The notes: generated by a model not told the origin, from the letters alone. Counted from the first letter of the stretch, positions 30,983 through 40,302 are shown. The stretch is DNA of 64,000 nt from an uncultured Rikenellaceae bacterium (GCA_964637415.1 CAZWUB010000003.1:269-64268); one strand, 5' to 3'. Numbers and translations are program-made.

Positions 30983-30999
30983 TGACATATCGGTTGGAG

Positions 31000-32412
31000 A
31001 TGGAAGAGGATAAGTATAAATACTCGTTGGAGGAAGAAATCAGGCAGGCCGTTCAGAAATTCGAAAGGATGAAAAGAAATAATGAAAAATATTTCTTTGA
31101 TGTCGTTGAATTCGAATCTATAATTGATTATTACATTGAAAGCAATAATTCCCCCAAGGCTTTTGAGGCAGCAACACTTGCTACCCAGCAACATCCCAAT
31201 TCTGTATCGATTCAGGTAAGAAAAGCCAGGGTACTGCTCGATAAAGGCAGGGCAGTTGAAGCCCTGAGGATACTTAAGAACCTTGAAAGCATTGAACCGG
31301 GAAATCACGAAATATTTGTTGCTAAAGGGACTGCACTCGGAATGCTCGGAGATATTCAGGGAGCGAAAAAGATTTTTGATTATGCACTCACACTCGATTC
31401 GGATGAGACCGGGAATATCCTTTTTGCTATCGTCTCTGTACTCCAGAACCTTAATTATTATGAACATCTGATCCCATACCTTGTAAGGCTCATAGGTATG
31501 GAACCTAATTATAAAGCTCATCTCTACGATCTGGCGTATGCTTACGAAAAGGTCGAAAAGTATAATGAAAGCATTTTTTATTACAGGAAATACCTCGAAG
31601 AAGAACCTTTTTCAGACAGTGCCTGGTATAACCTGGGCATCATTTATAATAAGACGGAGCAGTTTGATGAGGCACTGGAAGCCTATGACTTTGCTCTTGC
31701 AGTTAACTCACTGAATACTTTTGCCATCTTTAATAAAGCAAATATTCTCAGTAATCTTGAAAGGTATTCTGAAGCAATTCCTGTGTATCATGAATATCTT
31801 GAGAATGAGCCTGATAGTTTTGAAGCCATGACTTATCTGGCTGAATGTTATGAAAAAACTGATGAGATTGAGCTGGCAGGAAAATATTTCCATGATGCCA
31901 TTGAAATTGAACCGGAATATTCGGATGCCTGGTTCGGGCTTGGGGTGATTGAGTTCAATGCAGGAAATGCTGATGACAGCCTGATATATTTCAGGAAAGC
32001 TGTAAGACTTGATGATGAGAATCCTGAATACTGGTATCTTCTGGGGAAAGCACATTATATAAAAGGTGAGATCAAGGCGGCGCTGAGCTGTTTCAGGGAG
32101 GCTCTGAAGATTGATGCATATTATGATGAAGTCTGGATCGATCTCGGGAAAATGATTCTCAGGGAAAAGCTGATTTCCAGGGCAATACCTTATCTGGAAC
32201 ATGCATACAGGGTAACAGGCGATCTTCCCGGTATCAATTATCTTCTTGCCTTATTTTATCTTTATCATGGTGACCGGGAAGATTCATTCAGGCATCTTTC
32301 ACTCGGAGTCGGATTGGATAAGGAAATGTTCATGGAGTTTAAGGAAGTATTTCCTCTGGATCTCTCTACAAAAAAAATTAACAGACTCCTCAGAAAGAAT
32401 AATCTTATCTGA
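31000..32412 (+). CDS. Tetratricopeptide-repeat protein
   Basis: Start reassigned to MEEDKYKYSLEEEIRQAV. Multiple 34-residue repeats of the W/Y-x-L-G-x-x-Y type are present (AWYNLGIIYNK, AWFGLGVIEFN, YWYLLGKAHY). Confidence 0.75.
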   Translation: MEEDKYKYSLEEEIRQAVQKFERMKRNNEKYFFDVVEFESIIDYYIESNNSPKAFEAATLATQQHPNSVSIQVRKARVLLDKGRAVEALRILKNLESIEPGNHEIFVAKGTALGMLGDIQGAKKIFDYALTLDSDETGNILFAIVSVLQNLNYYEHLIPYLVRLIGMEPNYKAHLYDLAYAYEKVEKYNESIFYYRKYLEEEPFSDSAWYNLGIIYNKTEQFDEALEAYDFALAVNSLNTFAIFNKANILSNLERYSEAIPVYHEYLENEPDSFEAMTYLAECYEKTDEIELAGKYFHDAIEIEPEYSDAWFGLGVIEFNAGNADDSLIYFRKAVRLDDENPEYWYLLGKAHYIKGEIKAALSCFREALKIDAYYDEVWIDLGKMILREKLISRAIPYLEHAYRVTGDLPGINYLLALFYLYHGDREDSFRHLSLGVGLDKEMFMEFKEVFPLDLSTKKINRLLRKNNLI

Positions 32413-32440
32413 GAAAGAAAAATCCTATCTTAGTCCGGTT
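32401..32440. repeat. Tandem ~20-nt duplication containing the TPR gene stop codon; third copy at 32587..32599
   Basis: aatcttatctgag (TGA stop at 32410..12), aatcctatcttag (32421..33) and aatcttatattag (32587..99). agaaagaaaaatc is shared at 32413..25 and 32577..89. Confidence 0.6.
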
Positions 32441-32626
32441 AATTCATAATGGTTCATAATTTACCAAATTCATTTGTGTTCCTTAGTGGGATCTCTGTAT
32501 AAGTTTTTAAATTAGTTATATAGCAGGGCCCAAAGGATTGCATAAATGGTACGCAGAGTATATGAATAATTGAAATCAGAAAGAAAAATCTTATATTAGA
32601 AAAATTACTGTAATCCTAAGCGAACT

Positions 32627-33403
32627 ATGAAAACTGTTCTTCCGTTTTTGCCGGAACGTCCTTTGAAACCAAGGGAGTCCGGACTCACTATGGTTATGGA
32701 TAAAGGCTTGAGTATCAGGGAGGCTGAGGATTTTATGTCGGTTGGAAGTGAATATACCGACTTAGTCAAGCTCGGATTTGGTACCTCGCTTATTACCCCG
32801 GGATTTGAAAAGAAGATAGAAATCTATAAGAAGCAGGGAGTTATACCCTATTTCGGAGGGACTCTTTTCGAAGCATTTATTATCCGTAATATGTTCAGGG
32901 AATTTATTGAATTTCTCGACAGATATGAGGTTGAGATGGTTGAAGTATCAGATGGTTCTTATGATATTGATCATTCTCAAAAACTTGAATATATAAGAAT
33001 TCTTGCCGGTCGCGGGAAAGTAATTTCTGAAGTAGGATCAAAAAAGAAAGAAGTGGTATATACACCTGATCAATGGGTGGCAATGATGAAGTCCGAGCTT
33101 GATGCCGGATCTCTTAAAGTCATTGCTGAAGCCAGGGAATCAGGAACAACCGGCATCTACAATGAAGATGGTTCAATTAATAATAAGATCATAGGTGCAA
33201 TTTCAGAACAGGTAAAGCTTGAAAACGTAATCTGGGAAGCTCCGCTGAAATCCCAGCAGGCATGGTTCATTAAAAACTTCGGTGCAAATGTGAATCTGGG
33301 TAATATAGCTCCGAATGAGATCATTCCTCTCGAATCACTTCGCCTTGGCCTCCGGGGAGATACTTTTTTTCAGTTTCTTCCTGATAACCTGAAGAACAGG
33401 TAG
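32627..33403 (+). CDS. (2R)-phospho-3-sulfolactate synthase (ComA-family) homologue
   Basis: 258 aa. Reads LPERPLKPRESGLTMVMDKGLS...TDLVKLGFGTSLI...YFGGTLFEAF...VEVSDGS, matching the ComA family pattern as I remember it. Confidence 0.7.
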   Translation: MKTVLPFLPERPLKPRESGLTMVMDKGLSIREAEDFMSVGSEYTDLVKLGFGTSLITPGFEKKIEIYKKQGVIPYFGGTLFEAFIIRNMFREFIEFLDRYEVEMVEVSDGSYDIDHSQKLEYIRILAGRGKVISEVGSKKKEVVYTPDQWVAMMKSELDAGSLKVIAEARESGTTGIYNEDGSINNKIIGAISEQVKLENVIWEAPLKSQQAWFIKNFGANVNLGNIAPNEIIPLESLRLGLRGDTFFQFLPDNLKNR

Positions 33404-33449
33404 CAGAAGAAATTTCTGAGAGTACCCATACACCAATTATACATATGTT

Positions 33450-34205
33450 ATGAGAAAATTCGGCCTTATCGGATATCCTCTCGGTCATTCTTTCTCTCAA
33501 AAATATTTTACTGAAAAATTCTCACGGGAAAATGTTATTGACTGTTCTTATGATAATTACCCCTTGAAACATATTGAGCTGTTACCCGGACTCATAGCGC
33601 ACAATACTGAACTTTGCGGACTCAATGTGACAATACCTCATAAAACAGCAGTTTTGAGCTTTATCGATGTCATGGATCCTTCAATCGATGAGATCGGAGC
33701 AGCTAATGTTTTAAAATTCAAAAGAGCCGGGAACAATATTACTGTTTATGGATTTAATACCGATGTAACAGGAATCAGAGATTCAATTACTCCATATCTG
33801 GGAAAAAGTATAAAAAATGTTCTGATACTGGGTACAGGAGGAAGCTCTAAGGCAGCAGCTTATACAATGAAAACACTGGGGATGAATATTACTTTCGTCT
33901 CAAGATCGGGGAAAGCTGACATTCTCTCTTACAGTGATTTATCACCTGATCATTTCAGGAATACGGATATAATAATAAATACAACACCACTTGGAATGTA
34001 CCCCGATATTTCCACAAAGCCTGATATTGACTACAGCCTGCTGAATGAAAAACACATACTTTTTGATTTTGTATATAATCCTGAATACACCTCTTTTCTG
34101 AAAGCCGGAAAGGAGAGGGGATGCACAATAATTACAGGGCTTAAAATGCTGTATTCCCAGGCAGACCGGTCGTGGGAAATATGGAATGACCCTGGTCTCC
34201 TGTAA
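33450..34205 (+). CDS. aroE: Shikimate dehydrogenase
   Basis: Reads MRKFGLIGYPLGHSFSQKYF...GLNVTIPHK...GAANVL...NTDVTG...ILGTGGSSKA. 251 aa. Confidence 0.88.
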   Translation: MRKFGLIGYPLGHSFSQKYFTEKFSRENVIDCSYDNYPLKHIELLPGLIAHNTELCGLNVTIPHKTAVLSFIDVMDPSIDEIGAANVLKFKRAGNNITVYGFNTDVTGIRDSITPYLGKSIKNVLILGTGGSSKAAAYTMKTLGMNITFVSRSGKADILSYSDLSPDHFRNTDIIINTTPLGMYPDISTKPDIDYSLLNEKHILFDFVYNPEYTSFLKAGKERGCTIITGLKMLYSQADRSWEIWNDPGLL

Positions 34206-34953
34206 ATATTTCAGGAGGATATTCAATATCTGTAAGGAATAAGCCTTTGGCAGGGGCTGATTGTCCTGCCCTGCAGCGATCCCTCGCCTGAATTATGTTC
34301 TCAAATTCCTCCAGACCAATTTTCCCGGTCCCGGCAGCGATCATTGTTCCAACTATTGCTCTGACCATATTCCTCAGGAACCTGTCGGCTTTGATTGTAA
34401 AGACCAGGATTATGTCCTTCTTATCCCAGTATGCTGAAAATATGGAACACAGGTTGGTTTTCGCGTCTGAATGTAACCTGCTGAAGCTGGTAAAGTCTGA
34501 ATATTTCATTAATACCAGGCAGGCCTTGTTCATAATATTTAAGTTAATTTTACCATGAATGAACCATGCTGAATCTTCAAGAAATGGATCCTTGCCCCTT
34601 GATATGAAATATTTATACGTCCTAGAAACAGCACTGAATCTTGCATGTGCATCAGGTACAACTTTAAAAATTCCGTTAACAGCAATATCTTTCGGGAGAA
34701 ATCTGTTGAGCCTGAAAATATTGTTTTTATTATCTGCAATATCCGGCGATATGCTTTCAAAATGAGCGCAAAAGACCAGTGCATGAACTCCGGCATCGGT
34801 CCGGCCGGCTCCGGTTGCAGAAATTTCTTCGTTAAATACAGTGCTGAGAGCATTGTCAAGAATTTCCTGTATCGTCAATGAATTTGGCTGAATCTGCCAT
34901 CCATGATAAGAAGTTCCTTTAAATGATATGTATATAAAATACCTTGTCTTCAA
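34141..34953 (-). CDS. truA: tRNA pseudouridine(38-40) synthase
   Basis: Reads YFIYISFKGTSYHGWQIQPN...GAGRTDAGVHA...FLRNMVRAIVGT. The 3' end overlaps aroE convergently by 65 nt. Confidence 0.92.
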   Translation of the reverse strand: MKTRYFIYISFKGTSYHGWQIQPNSLTIQEILDNALSTVFNEEISATGAGRTDAGVHALVFCAHFESISPDIADNKNNIFRLNRFLPKDIAVNGIFKVVPDAHARFSAVSRTYKYFISRGKDPFLEDSAWFIHGKINLNIMNKACLVLMKYSDFTSFSRLHSDAKTNLCSIFSAYWDKKDIILVFTIKADRFLRNMVRAIVGTMIAAGTGKIGLEEFENIIQARDRCRAGQSAPAKGLFLTDIEYPPEIFTGDQGHSIFPTTGLPGNTAF

Positions 34954-35134
34954 ATTTCACTTTCTGCAAAGATAGTCATAAGGTGATTTTTTTTTTGATT
35001 AAAATCTGTTAATTATTGAATCCTGTCAGTTTGAAAACCGATCTTTAAATGTATTTTTATAGGCTTTGAAACATTGATGAATCCTTTTAGAAACAGAATA
35101 ATTAAATTGAATAGAAATCAAAAATCCTTAAACT

Positions 35135-36859
35135 ATGAAAGTTGATATGAGTTGGATAGATTATCTTATTATGATAATCTATTTTGTTTTTGTTCTGGGC
35201 ATTGGCTGGTTCCTGAGAAAGCACATGAAAAATGCCAATGCATTTCTTGAAGCCGGCAGGTCGATTCCTGCATGGGTTGCCGGATTAGCTTTTATTTCTA
35301 CCAATCTGGGTGCTCTCGAAGTGATGGGAATGACCGGCTCGGGGATGAAATACGGGATGCTTACAACCCATTTTTACTGGATCGGGGCTATTCCGGCAAT
35401 GATCTTCCTCGCCCTCTTTATGATGCCTTTCTATTATGGATCGAAAGCGCGGTCTGTGCCTGAGTATCTTAAGCTGAGGTATGATGAGAAAACGAGGGGG
35501 CTTAATGCTATTCTGTTTGCTGTTATGACAATTCTGGCTTCCGGGATCTCGATGTATGCCCTGGCAATATTGCTTGAAAGGGTACTTGGTTGGGATTTTA
35601 ACATAAGCCTCTGGGTTTCGGCAATGATAGTACTTGCTTATACCTATCTGGGTGGACTTTCGTCAGCCATATATAATGAGGTGCTCCAGTTCTTCATAAT
35701 AGTGATAGGCTTGCTGCCACTCGTCTTCCTGAGCCTCAAAGATGTAGGAGGTTGGTCCGGTCTGAAAGAAGGATTAGCTCCTATAGCTACAGCAGGAGGC
35801 TATGCACCTGATACTTTTGTAACAACCTGGAAATATTCGGCAGAAGCCGCGAACAATCCTCTCGGCGTTGAGTGGTTCGGAATATTATTCGGACTGGGAT
35901 TTGTTCTTTCCTTCGGATATTGGTGTACAAACTTCCTTATCGTTCAGCGTGCCTTTGCAGCCGACTCAATTTCTGCTGCAAGAAAAGTACCCCTGATTGG
36001 TGCAATACCAAAAATGTTCATTCCCTTCCTCATTATTGTTCCCGGGATAATAGCAATTGTTCTAATGAATGACCCGGGCAAAGGTTTTGTTCTTCCTCTT
36101 GATTCAACCGGCAGACCAGTATATGATTATACAATTATAATGCTGCTTAAACAATATCTTCCTGCCGGGGTACTCGGTCTGGGTATTACTGCATTACTGG
36201 CTTCATTTATGTCGGGGATGGCAGGTAATGTTTCTGCATTCAATACTGTGTGGACCTATGATATTTATCAGAGCTATATCCGCAAGAGAACAAATAATGC
36301 AGAGGCTGATGACAGGCATTATCTGACAGTAGGACGTGTCGCAACAGTTTTCGGGGTGCTTCTGAGTATCGCTTCAGCATATATCGCCAGCAAATTCGGA
36401 AATATAATGGATTTCCTTCAGACTATCTTCTCCATGATAAATGCTCCTCTCTTTGCAGTTATCTTTCTTGGGATGTTCTGGAAACGTACAACAGGACATG
36501 CAGCATTTACAGGACTATTATCAGGTTTCCTGATGGCACTGGTTCATCATGGTCTTACAGCACCTGTCGGAGCAAATACTTTCTTCAAAGGAGGATGGCT
36601 GGGTGTAGTTCATACTTATCCGGTTGAAATGGCTCAGAATTTCTGGACAGCAATAATTGCATTTACTGTTGCAACCACTGTAACCGTGGTATTGACAGTT
36701 CTGACAAAGCAGAAAAAGACGGAAGGAGAACTGGCGGGACTCGTTTATTCACTTACCCCCCGCATCAGTGATGAACATCTGCCCTGGCATAAACGTCCCG
36801 CAGGACTTGCTGTTATCGTTGGTGTAATTTGTGTAGTTTTAAGTATAATATTCTGGTAG
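35135..36859 (+). CDS. Sodium:solute symporter family (SSS/SLC5-type) transporter
   Basis: 574 aa with about 13-14 hydrophobic helices. Reads FLEAGRSIPAWVAGLAFISTNLGALEVMGMTG...YTYLGGLSSAIYNEVLQF. The substrate cannot be assigned from sequence. Confidence 0.8.
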   Translation: MKVDMSWIDYLIMIIYFVFVLGIGWFLRKHMKNANAFLEAGRSIPAWVAGLAFISTNLGALEVMGMTGSGMKYGMLTTHFYWIGAIPAMIFLALFMMPFYYGSKARSVPEYLKLRYDEKTRGLNAILFAVMTILASGISMYALAILLERVLGWDFNISLWVSAMIVLAYTYLGGLSSAIYNEVLQFFIIVIGLLPLVFLSLKDVGGWSGLKEGLAPIATAGGYAPDTFVTTWKYSAEAANNPLGVEWFGILFGLGFVLSFGYWCTNFLIVQRAFAADSISAARKVPLIGAIPKMFIPFLIIVPGIIAIVLMNDPGKGFVLPLDSTGRPVYDYTIIMLLKQYLPAGVLGLGITALLASFMSGMAGNVSAFNTVWTYDIYQSYIRKRTNNAEADDRHYLTVGRVATVFGVLLSIASAYIASKFGNIMDFLQTIFSMINAPLFAVIFLGMFWKRTTGHAAFTGLLSGFLMALVHHGLTAPVGANTFFKGGWLGVVHTYPVEMAQNFWTAIIAFTVATTVTVVLTVLTKQKKTEGELAGLVYSLTPRISDEHLPWHKRPAGLAVIVGVICVVLSIIFW

Positions 36860-36871
36860 GAGGAAAGAAAA

Positions 36872-37075
36872 ATGGTAGATATAAGATATCCAATAGGACT
36901 GATGTTCACAATACTTGGAGTATTGGTCACAATTTTCGGAATAGCTACAATTTCTGATACCGGTTTGTATCAGAAATCACTTGGCATTAATGTCAATATT
37001 TTTATGGGCATTATAATGCTTGTCTTCGGTCTCTTTATGCTGGTTATGGCTCTAAGAAAGAAGAAAAATAAATAA
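36872..37075 (+). CDS. Small two-TM membrane protein (67 aa), possible transporter accessory subunit
   Basis: Two clear hydrophobic helices and a KKKNK tail. AGGAGG lies 9 nt upstream. The start is 12 nt after the symporter stop, and its stop TAA abuts the ltaE ATG. Confidence 0.55.
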   Translation: MVDIRYPIGLMFTILGVLVTIFGIATISDTGLYQKSLGINVNIFMGIIMLVFGLFMLVMALRKKKNK

Positions 37076-38110
37076 ATGGAAATAAAATTCGGATTTGCCA
37101 GTGACAATACCGCTGGTATTCACCCTGCTATACTGGAGGAGATCCGGTTGGCAAACATGGGTCATGCAATTAGCTATGGATATGATAAGTATACTGAAGA
37201 GGCTCTGAAACTTTTTAAAGAACATCTGGGACCAGAAACTGAGACTTTTTTTGTCTTCACAGGGACTGCTGCAAATGTTTTAAGCCTGTCAGGGGTTACC
37301 CGTTCATGGAATTCCGTTATAACAGCTTCAACAGCACATCTTGAACAGGATGAATGCGGAGCTCCTGAAAAATTTACCGGATGTAAGGTACTGACAGTTG
37401 ATACAGTTGACGGGAAAATATCTCCCTTATCTGTTGAAAAACATATGCACGGATTTGATTTTGAGCACCATTCTCAGCCTATGGTTATTTCAATAACCCA
37501 GTCTACAGAACTGGGAACTGTATATTCAGTTGCTGAGATCCGGGATCTTTCAGAATTTGCTCATCACCATGGCATGCTTCTGCATATGGATGGGGCCAGG
37601 ATAGCTAATGCAGCCGTTTCACTCAACCTGCCGTTCAGGTCATTCACAACCGATGCAGGAGTAGATATTTTATCTTTCGGGGGTACCAAGAACGGTATGA
37701 TGTATGGTGAAGCAGTCTGTTTTCTGAGCAAAGGTCTATCCGGCGGATTCAAATATATCCGGAAACAAAGCATGCAGCTGGCATCAAAGATGAGGTTCAT
37801 TTCAGCACAGTATATTGCATATTTCAGGGATGATCTCTGGAAGAAATGTGCTGAACATTCAAACAGAATGGCGTTAATTCTTGCAGAAAAAATAAGCAGA
37901 CTGAACGGAATAAAAATTACACAACCTGTTCAGTCAAATGGTGTTTTTGTAATTATGCCACAAAGTGTTGCAGAAAGTGTTTGCAGGAAATATTTCTTTT
38001 ATCCATGGGATGAAAAGACTTCGGAGTACCGGCTTATGACTGGGTGGGATACAACGGAGGAGGATATTTCTGAATTAGTTGAAATTCTTAAAAGAGAATT
38101 AAAAATGTAG
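37076..38110 (+). CDS. ltaE: Low-specificity threonine aldolase family (PLP-dependent)
   Basis: Reads FASDNTAGIHPAILEEI...FTGTAANVL...HMDGARIANA...LSFGGTKNG (PLP lysine context). 344 aa. Confidence 0.82.
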   Translation: MEIKFGFASDNTAGIHPAILEEIRLANMGHAISYGYDKYTEEALKLFKEHLGPETETFFVFTGTAANVLSLSGVTRSWNSVITASTAHLEQDECGAPEKFTGCKVLTVDTVDGKISPLSVEKHMHGFDFEHHSQPMVISITQSTELGTVYSVAEIRDLSEFAHHHGMLLHMDGARIANAAVSLNLPFRSFTTDAGVDILSFGGTKNGMMYGEAVCFLSKGLSGGFKYIRKQSMQLASKMRFISAQYIAYFRDDLWKKCAEHSNRMALILAEKISRLNGIKITQPVQSNGVFVIMPQSVAESVCRKYFFYPWDEKTSEYRLMTGWDTTEEDISELVEILKRELKM

Positions 38111-38135
38111 GGACATGCCATGGCATGTCCCTACA
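38106..38135. terminator. Perfect 30-nt palindrome between convergent ltaE and tonB
   Basis: tgtagggacatgcca|tggcatgtccctaca, with all 15 positions paired. It includes the ltaE stop TAG (38108..10). The A5 run at 38101..05 gives a U-tail for the minus-strand (tonB) transcript. Confidence 0.55.
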
Positions 38136-38159
38136 TAATATTGATTAATAAAAATGATT

Positions 38160-38945
38160 CTATTTAAGCGTGAAGGTGATTGGTACCATGTACCATACAG
38201 GAACAGGTTTTCCGCCCTGTTTACCCGGCTTAAATGCAGGAAGTGATTGAACTACCCTTATAGCTTCTTTATCAAGTTCCGGATCAACGCCTTTTAAAAC
38301 GCTAACCTGGTTTACGCCACCTTTTGATGTAACACAGAACCTAACAATTACTCTTCCCTGGATATTGTTTTCCTTGGCAACTTCAGGGTAGTTTGTATGT
38401 TCGGCAATATATTGGAGCAGTGCCGGATCCCCTCCGGGGAACATTGGCATTTCTTCAACAACTACGAAGGGTTCTGGTTCAGGTGCTTCTTCCTGGACCT
38501 CTTCCTTGATTTCTTCAACAAACTCAACTACCTCTTCGTTCTGGACTTCGACCTGGGCTTCATCGGCTGTCATAAGCTGACTTGCTTCTTCAGGTTTAAC
38601 CGAGTCAACAACAACGGGAGGAACATATCTTGCCTGTTGTACAACATCCTGTGGAGGAGGAGGTGGAGGAGGAGGAGGAGCAACAACGTCATTGGGAGTG
38701 TCGAGATTTTCCATTTGTATCTCAACCTGTCTTTCTGTACGTTTCTGACTTCTCTCTGCTGCTTTCGCATTCAGGTATGGTGCGATTATCACACTTGACA
38801 TAATAACAGTGCCGATAAGGAGCGCTATTATTACATTGCGTTTGTATTTCTTACGCAGTCTGTAAGCTCCGTAATCCTGGTTCCGGTTCTCAAACACTAT
38901 GTCATCAAATGCCGGAGCCTTCAATTTTTCTTTTGCCATCTTCAT
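38160..38945 (-). CDS. tonB: TonB-family energy transducer
   Basis: N-terminal TM anchor, Pro-rich spacer APPPPPPPPPQD, and C-terminal TonB domain (MPMFPGGDPALLQYIAEHTNYPEVAKENNIQGRVIVRF). Confidence 0.88.
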   Translation of the reverse strand: MKMAKEKLKAPAFDDIVFENRNQDYGAYRLRKKYKRNVIIALLIGTVIMSSVIIAPYLNAKAAERSQKRTERQVEIQMENLDTPNDVVAPPPPPPPPPQDVVQQARYVPPVVVDSVKPEEASQLMTADEAQVEVQNEEVVEFVEEIKEEVQEEAPEPEPFVVVEEMPMFPGGDPALLQYIAEHTNYPEVAKENNIQGRVIVRFCVTSKGGVNQVSVLKGVDPELDKEAIRVVQSLPAFKPGKQGGKPVPVWYMVPITFTLK

Positions 38946-38958
38946 CTTGGTTTACAGG

Positions 38959-39624
38959 TTAATTTGATGAAGTTGCAGACGCGGAAGCGCCACCACTGGC
39001 GAATTCCACCATCTTTTCTTCATACCATGCGATGTCAACAAACGTATAACGTGCAATTCCGCAAATATTCATTTCATCGAGAATATCTACAAAATTCCCG
39101 TAATTGGCTTCTTTATAAGCTTTAATAAGCACAATTGGTCCGGTATCGTCAACATTTTTCAGGACTCTGATAGCTCCTGCAAGTGAATCCTGTGAGATAT
39201 CAAGTTTTCCCTGAATGAACTCCTGATTAAAGTCATTGATCTTTCTGAAAAGAGTTCTGTTTCTTTCAAGGAGCAGCTGACGAACACCTGTTGGGCTGAA
39301 ATCTGTTTCCATCAATGGAGGCAGATTGTTATAGTCTTCAGGCTTAACACCACCAGGGTACCAGTATATTTTATTCTCGGGACCGAGAATAATATTAAGT
39401 GTACGGCTGGCTGAAATTTTTGGTGCTTCCTGATTCGGATCTGTAATTTTATCCGGAAGGGTGATGTCCATAACCTTGGCTTTAGCCATTGAAGTTGTGA
39501 GCATAAAGAAGGTTATCAATAACATCATTAGGTCAACCATGGGAGTCATATCCATGTGCGGGAGGATCCTCTTCGCCCTTTTCTTTCCTCCCTTGCCTTT
39601 TTCCTGTTGAATTATTTCTGCCAT
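38959..39624 (-). CDS. exbD: ExbD/TolR-family protein
   Basis: Reads MDMTPMVDLMMLLITFFMLT. 221 aa, longer than the E. coli protein. Confidence 0.85.
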   Translation of the reverse strand: MAEIIQQEKGKGGKKRAKRILPHMDMTPMVDLMMLLITFFMLTTSMAKAKVMDITLPDKITDPNQEAPKISASRTLNIILGPENKIYWYPGGVKPEDYNNLPPLMETDFSPTGVRQLLLERNRTLFRKINDFNQEFIQGKLDISQDSLAGAIRVLKNVDDTGPIVLIKAYKEANYGNFVDILDEMNICGIARYTFVDIAWYEEKMVEFASGGASASATSSN

Positions 39625-39625
39625 G

Positions 39626-40264
39626 TCACTGTTGTATTTCTTCGAGGTTAATTTTGGCTGCTTCCAGGCTTGTAATCAGACTAAACCTTTTAACATTCAG
39701 TTCCTGAAGGATGTCGAGTACTCTCTTCACAACGGGGAATTCTGTTTGTGAATCCCCTCTGATAACTGCCTGAATATTAGGATTGACAGTTCGGGCATAC
39801 TGGATCCACATGGCAAGCTGGTTGTCAGTTGAATCCATTGGAATGCCCACCTGCATTTCTTTTCTTGTTGCAGCATCTTTAGCTTCAAGGAATGCTTTCA
39901 TCTGGGCAATTGGGACACCCATTGATGAGGGATATTTCTCAAATTCCCTGAATTCAGCTTCAGTGAATTCGATTCCGTATCTTTTTCCCATTTCAGCCAG
40001 AATTTTTGGTCTGAATTTTAAAAGGGTATCGGGTCCGTTATCGAAATTCATGAAGACTTTACCTTCAGGCGAAAGCAGGAAAGTCATCGCATTAAAATCA
40101 GGAGTCGGTTTTTCTGATATCGAATAAGGCGTACTGACAGTAGCCGGTTCCGGTGAACTCATCGTAGCTGTTAACATAAGGAAAATCAATATAACAGCGA
40201 ATGTGTCAACCATCGGCGTCATGTCAATTCTGGGCGACTTTGTTGGTAATTTGATCTTTGGCAT
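39626..40264 (-). CDS. exbD: ExbD/TolR-family protein (second paralogue)
   Basis: Reads RIDMTPMVDTFAVILIFLMLT. 212 aa. Separated by 1 nt from the next exbD. Confidence 0.85.
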   Translation of the reverse strand: MPKIKLPTKSPRIDMTPMVDTFAVILIFLMLTATMSSPEPATVSTPYSISEKPTPDFNAMTFLLSPEGKVFMNFDNGPDTLLKFRPKILAEMGKRYGIEFTEAEFREFEKYPSSMGVPIAQMKAFLEAKDAATRKEMQVGIPMDSTDNQLAMWIQYARTVNPNIQAVIRGDSQTEFPVVKRVLDILQELNVKRFSLITSLEAAKINLEEIQQ

Positions 40265-40302
40265 CTTTTCTTACTTTATTAATTTAACCAAAAGATTCAT
40301 TA

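Noticed and set aside
34141-34205. 65-nt convergent overlap of the truA and aroE 3' ends as a possible frameshift or assembly error
   Set aside because: Both proteins contain their full conserved cores before the overlap. The truA tail is a non-conserved extension that simply runs to the first stop, so nothing indicates a pseudogene.
38653-38680. GGA/GGT triplet repeat (ggaggaggaggtggaggaggaggaggag)
   Set aside because: It encodes the poly-proline spacer (PPPPPPPPP) of TonB on the minus strand, an ordinary feature of TonB proteins.
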